Below are positions 9,561 through 16,525 of a stretch of 16,525 bases of DNA, in pieces. This DNA is from Azolla caroliniana (taxonomy: Eukaryota; Plantae; Polypodiophyta). Location: contig JBHGNT010000740.1 of the NCBI GenBank assembly GCA_043228905.1, forward strand, positions 1 through 16,525, given 5' to 3'. Position numbers and translations under genes: made by a program. The notes beneath the pieces are model-generated. The model saw nothing but the letters and a program-made list of their open reading frames with translations. It did not search any database and had not been told where the DNA came from. Every line of letters starts with the position of its first letter. The stretch's first letter is position 1.

Positions 9561-9600
9561 GGAGGTGGAGGTGGAGGTGGAGGTGGAGGTGGAGGTGGAG
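9561..9600. repeat. (GGAGGT)6 hexamer repeat
   Basis: Directly visible, within a purine-rich tract at about 9525-9616. Confidence 0.9.
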
Positions 9601-9770
9601 GAGGAGACGCGAGAGGAACAATTATTTGCGGCTACATGAGACATGATTGGGCAATGTGCTAAAACAACATTCTTCTTCGACAGCAAGCTCGAATGTTAGC
9701 ATGTCTATTTCAGGCTAATCATCCTCCTATTAATTTCGTTTTCCTTATAATTGGGGCGTAGTATACATAT

Positions 9771-11566
9771 ATGGAAGCAATGGATGAAGGTATAATTGAG
9801 AGACAAATAACAAATTAAGAGAGGAGAAGGAGAAGATGAGGTTATTTTGAAGAAACAAAAGATTGGCATTAATAATAGGGAAAAGTACCAGGATACCCCT
9901 GGAAGTTTGTCTATTTACCAGAATGCCCTTGGAAGTTCCAAATTTACCAAACTACCCCTATGCCCAAAAAATTATACTTTATAAAGTAATTATACACTCA
10001 AATCTTTGGTAAATAGGGCTAGTCCGGGTCCATTTCTTCCATCTTTGGTAAATAGGGCTTGTAGATTTGAGTGTACAATTACTTTATAAAGTGTAATTTT
10101 TGGGACATAGGGATAGTTTGGTAAATTTGGAACTTCCAGGTTCATTCTGGTAAATAAACGAACTTCCAGGGGTATCCTGGTACTTTTCCCTTAATAATAT
10201 GCATCAGGGGGATATAGATATGATGCCAAGACCATCGTATGCACATGTTATGGGAGAAGGTGAGGAGGAGAGGAATGCGCAATATTGGGATGTAATGCAT
10301 GTAGTTGTTAATGAAGCACTCCATGAGATTTTACCGAATACTATAGATATGGTGGCCAATGTAGAAGAAGATGAGATTGTCGAGGTGGAGATGCCACGTA
10401 GAGAAATCTTAAAGGCATTTTCTAATGTGTCATGAGAGAGGCATTATTTGTTTCTTTATAGGGAAAAATCCTTTAGTAAATTGGGTGGCGCAATGGATAA
10501 ATGCAATGATTGGTAGAAATAGTGTGGAAGATGTGTATAAAGGTCCATGCGAGTTTTTTTGAGGTCATTTTTCGAACCGAAGAACAACGGGATAGATTGT
10601 TATCATGTTTGTCGGTCTTTTACAATAATAATTTAGTCTATATTGTCCCTTGGAAACCACTAGCCGAGTTTTAGGAAATTTTGAAACAAGAGTGTCCAAT
10701 ATGGTTCGAGGTAGAGTGTCCAATATGGCCTATAATTCAAGGTGTCATGGAACAATTGGGAAAGATGATAGTAGCCCCAAATGTCAAAGCATATAATAGA
10801 TATAGGTTATGTATGCTATGGAATACAACAAAAAAGAGACCTTTGTGGCTAAATATAAAGACTGAGGAGATGAGGTCGTTCCGTTGCCAATTGCATTAGG
10901 GATCATTTGCTAGTCATTGCTTTCGATGTGGTCATTTAGGCCATTTCATGGCAGAATGTCATCAAACACCAGAAATGGAGGTGACTAATAATTCCCCATG
11001 GTAATGTGTTAATGCCAGACTCTATATTGAATGATAATGAGGTGTTGAAAAGTAAGGGGGCAAATGTGGAAAAAGGTAAGAGTGTCGTTATTTTGGAACA
11101 TAATGACAAAGATATTCAAGAAAGAAGAAAAGATTTAATGGATGAGGGTGGATCTTGTATTAAGGTGGCCTCTAAGGTAAATCATCCAAGGTACCAAAAA
11201 GACAAAGGTTATGCACATAATGGGCAAGAGAGGGGTAGTTCCTCTAGGGATCCTATGGGGTTATCACATGCACATAATTATGATCAATTGAAAGGAAGGT
11301 CAAAACCGTGGCAAGGGTCACAATATAAACAATCCAATCAAGGGACAAAACCTTTCAACCTTAGGTTTGATAAGAACGCTAAAATCAATTTACCATTAGA
11401 AAAACAGAATTGGAAAAGAGATAATTCATGGGGTACAATGGGATCCACCAATAATCATCAACCATCTGTGCAAAATGCATTTGCAGTCTTAAGTGGTTAT
11501 TTCGGTGATATACCAAAGATATTGGCACAACGGGAACAAGAACAAGCCAAAACGCAATATAATTAG
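9771..11566 (+). pseudogene. LINE ORF1 remnant (DUF4283-like region + zinc knuckle)
   Basis: FFEVIFRTEEQRDRLL...VYIVPWKP, then ECPIWFEV, then CFRCGHLGHFMAEC (CX2CX4HX4C, 10918-10959); TAG stop at 11564-11566; disrupted. Confidence 0.75.
9878..10190. mobile_element. Mutator-like (MULE) MITE/foldback element, 313 bp
   Basis: 128-bp TIRs (9878-10005 and 10063-10190; first 30 bp perfect, ~10 mismatches in total) starting GGGAAAAGTACCAGGATACCCCTGG; perfect 9-bp TSD TTAATAATA at 9869-9877 and 10191-10199. Confidence 0.93.
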
Positions 11567-11572
11567 TGAGTG

Positions 11573-13472
11573 ATGAAGATAGTCACATGGAATGTAAGTG
11601 GAATTTGTTCTCTGTCTAAGTAGTATGGTATGTGGAAGAGTATTTTTAATAGTGAATGGGATATATTATGTGCAGTAGAACATAAGGAGCATGCTAAGTC
11701 TGGGTCTTCTTTTCATCATAAGCAATATCACGTGTTTTATGCTGGAGTCAATGGGGACCCTTATTCAGGTGTAATGCTTATTATAAGGGATAGCTTGAAA
11801 CTGGTAGTGGTCGGTTTTTGGTGGTTGAAGTTAATTATGAAGGGAAACATATTTGGGTGGTTGGTATTTATGGATCGAATGTCGCAAGACATCGTACGGA
11901 ACTTGGGAGATGCTTAAATCAAGTTTTACTTCAAGGGAAATCCGTTTTTTTGTTAGGGGATTTAAATATGTGTTCTGAAATGGGCCAATTTACTTCGATG
12001 CATGGCTTGATGGATGCTCCTAAACGAGAGGTATGGGATTTTTTTATGATGGATGTCATAAGGTATGATGCATGGACTTGGATCAATGGAAATGATGTTG
12101 GTTATACCTTTCAATCGGCACAATATAGATAAACTTGGAGTAGACTGGATCACATTTATATTATGCATGATGATATATTCTTGCCTAAGTTTTTGACTAT
12201 GCAAGTGTATATGGGGATTGGATCATCAGTTCATTTCCCAATTGTTTTGGAATGCACACATCAAACTATGGATGGTTTTAGATCTTTATTGGGGAGACAA
12301 CCATTGAGATTTAATTCATCTTTTCTTGGACATGATAAATTTAAGCATGCTATGGGACAATTGGTGGGGGAGTTAACGGGGAGTTAACAAGACAAGTCAA
12401 TGTCCACGGTGTTTCGTCATGGGATATTTGTCTTTCCAATATTCAACGGTTTACATGATATTATGGAATTTATCAAGCATCTATCCGTAAACGAAAGATG
12501 AGTTTATTACAACACTTTCTAGACAGATATAACACATTGTTGGTAAAGATTACATTTGATGAGGTGTTCTTGGATATTCAAGAGACATTGTCACAAGCCT
12601 TACAAGTATTGGAGGTTCGCAGTTATCAACAATCACGAGTGATGGCTATGAAAAATGAAGTACATGATCACAACTGTAATTCACATAAGTTTTACCATGG
12701 GTTGCAAGCATCTCTTGCTAGAATGAATGTGGTAAGAGTAGAGACTGATGGAACTTCGAATACAAACCCACAAGTGATTATTGATAATCTTTTTGGGCAA
12801 GACTGTATTATGAATGATGACATAACACAAGCACAATCAATGCTATTTAACTCAGTCAAGGTGAGTGATGGGCAACATGACATGATTGCATTGGAGGAGG
12901 ATATAAAGGAGGAGGAGGTGGAATATGTATTATCACATCTTGCAATTGATAAAAGCCTGGGTTGGGATGACATTACGAATGAGTTTTTTAAAGCCTTTTT
13001 ACAAGAACTCAAAGCCCCTCTAACAATGATATTCCAAGAAATGTGGAGTTCTAGTAAAATGCCCCATTCATGGAAAGTTGGTCTGGTTAAACTTACACCA
13101 ACAGTTGTATCTCCTATGTATTTTGCTCAATGGAGACCGATACCATTAATGGGTGGGATGTATATTAAAGTTTTTTGCCAAATTAATTGCAAATAGACTT
13201 CAAAAGGTGTTGTCGTCTATGGTCCATCCAATGCAATATGGGTTTATTGAGGGAAGGGACATCCTGCATAATATTTTGAATGTGCAAATGGCAGCGGATT
13301 ATGCAAAGGAATCCAAACAACAAATTGTAGTGATACAACCTGGCATCGAGAAGGCATATGATCATGTAAGTTGGTTTTTTATTACTCAACTTATGTCTCA
13401 TATGGGTTTTGGGGAAAGGATGTCTTGAGTATCGTTGTTGGTGGGATTAGGTGTAGTGTCACACATTATGTT
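11573..13472 (+). pseudogene. LINE ORF2 remnant (APE endonuclease + N-terminal part of reverse transcriptase)
   Basis: MKIVTWNVSG, LLGDLN, SRLDHIY, SVHFPI, KSLGWDDITNEFFK, WRPIPL, AKLIANRL, QYGFIEGRDILHNI, IEKAYDHVSW; cut off before the YADD motif by the copia LTR. Confidence 0.92.
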
Positions 13473-13938
13473 TGTAAAGAATCGGATATGATTCCTGTGA
13501 AACAGAAGAGATGTGAGTTATGTCTGTATGTGTGAGAGGAGAGAGGAGAGGAGAGAAACACAAGATAGATAAGAGACAATATGAAGTACTCAAGAAGAAG
13601 AAGGAGATGTATATTAACAAGTAGAATATGAGATACAAAATAGCGTTACAAGGAGTCACAACCGACTTAATATGGAGTAGGAGGAGGGTGCTTTATATAG
13701 TCACCCTCTCTCTTCATTTACTCACTACAACGTTCACTCTCTCACTAGAGCCTTGAGGAATGTGAAGCCTTACGGTCATGGGGAATGTGGAACCATTAGT
13801 TATGTGTCAAAGAATATGAATCTATGACACATAGTTTAATGTGTAGAGAGTGGTGGTGTGACTCTTGACCTTTGAGTAATCATAGATTCTCAAAAGGTGT
13901 GTTCACACGTTGCTCTATGTTGAGCTTGATTCTCAACA
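13473..13938 (-). repeat. Copia 3' LTR (466 bp)
   Basis: Minus strand begins TGTTGAGAATC right after the PPT and ends GATTCTTTACA (9/11 inverted match); TATA-like CTATATAAAG at 13700-13691; LINE coding sequence resumes at 13472. Confidence 0.8.
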
Positions 13939-13952
13939 CGCCCCCTCAAGCT
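13939..13952 (-). other. Polypurine tract (AGCTTGAGGGGGCG)
   Basis: Immediately precedes the TG of the 3' LTR. Confidence 0.8.
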
Positions 13953-14003
13953 CAACTTGGGTCGGCTCCTTTCGGTTGATGTCCGCTTCGGCTAGTATCC
14001 GGA

Positions 14004-16505
14004 TCAGACGATCTCCGTTGTCCGTTTCAGCTCGTACCCGTTTCGGCTTGTACCCGTTTCGGTCGGTATCCGATTCTCGCTTGTACTCCCCCTCAAGCTT
14101 GGCAAGTCAGGGATCATCAATCCAAGGTCTGACATGAATTGCCGAAGCTTGTCGGCTCCTAGGGCTTTCGTGAAGATGTCGACCGTTTGAAGATTTGTGT
14201 TGATGTGTAGAAGGTCGACATCTCCAACTTGAACACGCTCCCGAATGAAGTGATAGTGCACTTCGATATGCTTTGTGCGTGCGTGGAACACCGGGTTCCG
14301 AGCCAAATAAATACTACTCATGTTGTCGCAGTAAAGGGGTGTCGGATCCTTGATGGGAACACCCAGATCCTTCAAAATCCTCTTAAGCCATACGACTTCA
14401 CATACATCTACGACTGCGCCCATGTATTCCGCCTCCGTACTTGAAAGAGCGATGGTAGGCTGCTTCTTGCTACTCCACGAAATCGCTCCGCTGCCGAGGG
14501 AGAAGACGAATCCGGAGGTCGATTGTCGATCGGCTTTGTAGGTAGCCCAATCCGCGTCCATGTATCCTTCGAGTCGTATTGTTGTGGCCGATTTGTAGAG
14601 AATGTCGTAATCCATTGTTTCGCTCACATATCGTAATACTCGCTCAACGCAATCGAAATGTATATCTCGGGAGTTTGCATGAATTGGCCAAGGAGTCCGA
14701 CCGGATAGCTAAGGTCGGGTCATGTGATCGTGAGATAGATGAGACTCCTGATCAGTTGTCGATATTGAGTCGGATCGCACTCGTTCGTGTCGGAGTCGGC
14801 ATCTAGTTTGAGGTTTCTATCGAGAGGCATAAAGATTGATTTGCACTCCATCATCCCGAACTTGTATAACAAGTTGAGAATGTAGCGCCGTTGAGAGATC
14901 ATAATGCTGACCGGATTTTGAATCACCTCAATGCCTAGGAAGTAGTGTAGCTCCTTCATGTCCATCATCTCGAATTTGTTGGAGAGGAGGGACTTTACCT
15001 TGTTGATGTCGACTAAATGCTCACCTCCAATAACGAGATCATCCACGTATAGAATGATGACAATTGGGCTTTTAGACTCGTTTTGTACATAGAGGGAGTT
15101 GTCGGATTTCGACATTCGAAAGCCGATTTGATGAAGATATTGTGTAATCTTCGAATGCCAAGCACGTGGTGCTTGCTTGAGGCCGTAGAGAGGCTTCTTG
15201 AGTCGACATACAAATTTCAGATGGATGTTGGATTCGAAGCCGGGTGGTTGAACCATGTACACCTCCTCTTCCAATTCACCTTGAAGAAAGGCGTTCTTTA
15301 CGTCCATTTGGTGGAGGTGCCACCCTTTTGCCGCTGCAAGTGCGATCGCGGTTCGCATAGTCATCATCTTTGCCACCGGGGCAAAGGTCTCTTCATAGTC
15401 GACTCCATGTGTTTGCGCGTATCTTTTCGCTACGAGTCGAGCTTTGTAGCGATTGATGGAGCCATCGACATTATACTTCACCTTGCAGATCCATCTGTAG
15501 CCTATCGCCTTCTTGTGCGGTGAGTGGGGAACGATATCCCATGTGTCATTCTTGCATAGTGCACACATCTCCTCGTTCATTGCTTCGCTCCATCGCGGGT
15601 CCTTCGTGGCTTCGGAAAAGGTTTCTGGCTCCTGTATTGTTGCGACCTTCATCATAAAGGCATAATGGTATGCCATATACTCATCATAGCCAAAGCGGCT
15701 TACGGGGTTCTTTTCATGGATTGGCGTAGCTTCTCGTTTGCGGATTCTAAGGCTTTCTTCACTCCATTTGTCCAGATGTCAAGTCCTTTGAACTCACTAT
15801 CGAGGGAGTGAGTCGATTCATTGCCATCGAAATGAGCGTCTTCATACTCCGGCATTTTGGCCTTCCCTTTGTCCAACTTCGGACTTGGTCGAGATGTGCT
15901 TTGATCACTCAAAGGCTCTTGTGGTCCGCTCAGTCGGGTCGTGATCGGACTTTCTTCGAACATGCGCGTAAGGTGAGTATCCTACGAGGATACATTTCTC
16001 CAACTTCGGGTCAAGCTTTTGACGCTTCTCATCGGGGATGTGCACATACGCAATGGAGCCGAATATCCGAACATGCGATAGGTTCGGCTTCTTTCCGAAG
16101 AACTTCTCGTGCGGAGTAAGTTCGTGCACACTCGATGTCGTACACCAATTCATGAGATAGACGGCCGTGTTAGCTGCTTCCGCCCAATACGATTTCGGCA
16201 TGTGCTTTTCGTTAACCATAGCCCATGCCACTTCGAGGATGTGCCGAGTCTTGTGTTCGGCCACTTCGTTTTCTTGTGGCATATGTCGACACGAAAACTC
16301 TCGTCGTATTCCTTCTTTCCGTAGAAACGCCGAAAATTCGTCGGAGAAGTACCCCTTGCCTCCATCCGACCGAAGACATCGTACATGTCAGCCTGTGGCT
16401 TTCTCGACTTCATTCTTAAATTTTTGGAAGTGTCCGAACACTTCGCTCTTTTGTCGCATTGGGTAGATCCAAGTGTGCCTAGAGAAGTCGTCGATGAAGG
16501 TCACG
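14004..16505 (-). pseudogene. Copia pol remnant: integrase (~16505-15975), RT (15676-14720), RNase H (14627-14004)
   Basis: VTFIDDFSR, LRSDGGKGY, PQENEVAEH, KLDPK; YKARLVAK, QMDVKNAFL, LYGLKQAPRAW, YVDDL; DADWA, TEAEY, YCDN, RTKHIEVHYHFIRE, DIFTK. In-frame TGA at 16390-16388 and 14722-14720; frameshift near 14668. Confidence 0.95.
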
Positions 16506-16525
16506 TTGTCGCGCCTTTCGGCTCT

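Larger units (their letters stand above)
9771..13472 (+). mobile_element. Decayed L1-clade LINE retrotransposon, interrupted by the MITE and the copia element; 5' boundary approximate
   Basis: ORF1 with a CCHC knuckle followed 6 nt after its stop by ORF2 with APE endonuclease and RT motifs; multiple stops and frameshifts. Confidence 0.9.
13473..16525 (-). mobile_element. Ty1/copia LTR retrotransposon, 3' part, decayed
   Basis: Integrase-RT-RNase H order on the minus strand, followed by a PPT and a 3' LTR. Confidence 0.96.

Noticed and set aside
8400-9650. Known conserved miRNAs, snRNA, tRNA or telomerase RNA
   Set aside because: No mature miRNA sequence I recognise, no USE/TATA or A/B-box promoter, and no telomere template in this region.
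13459-16466. Plus-strand and other short ORFs across the copia element
   Set aside because: Antisense or alternate-frame shadows of pol and the LTR with no independent motifs.

Overview
Eukaryotic land-plant genomic DNA; the transposon families and microsatellite style suggest a fern, but that is inference only. The left half holds two minus-strand genes: the first coding exon of a LanC-like (GCR2/GCL-type) gene at 1216-1413, whose remainder lies beyond the window start, and a complete five-exon Alfin-like PHD-finger gene at 3177-6670 (255 aa, all introns GT-AG). The right half is a nested transposon stack. A decayed L1-type LINE (+, about 9771-13472) carries a 313-bp Mutator-type MITE with a perfect 9-bp TSD in ORF1, and is interrupted in its RT by an antisense, decayed Ty1/copia element (13473 to window end). 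The least explained part is 8460-9460, which contains two paralogous plus-strand mini-exon/intron modules that share little beyond splice signals and the start of the next exon, a G-U-containing UUCG hairpin, and an ~80-bp inverted duplication; together these suggest an unannotated spliced and/or hairpin ncRNA locus. Other points of interest: a seven-copy telo-box-cored array in Alfin intron 1, uORFs with a possible stem masking the Alfin start codon, and a doubled PPT/LTR-start in the copia element. All calls were made by eye; no searches were run.
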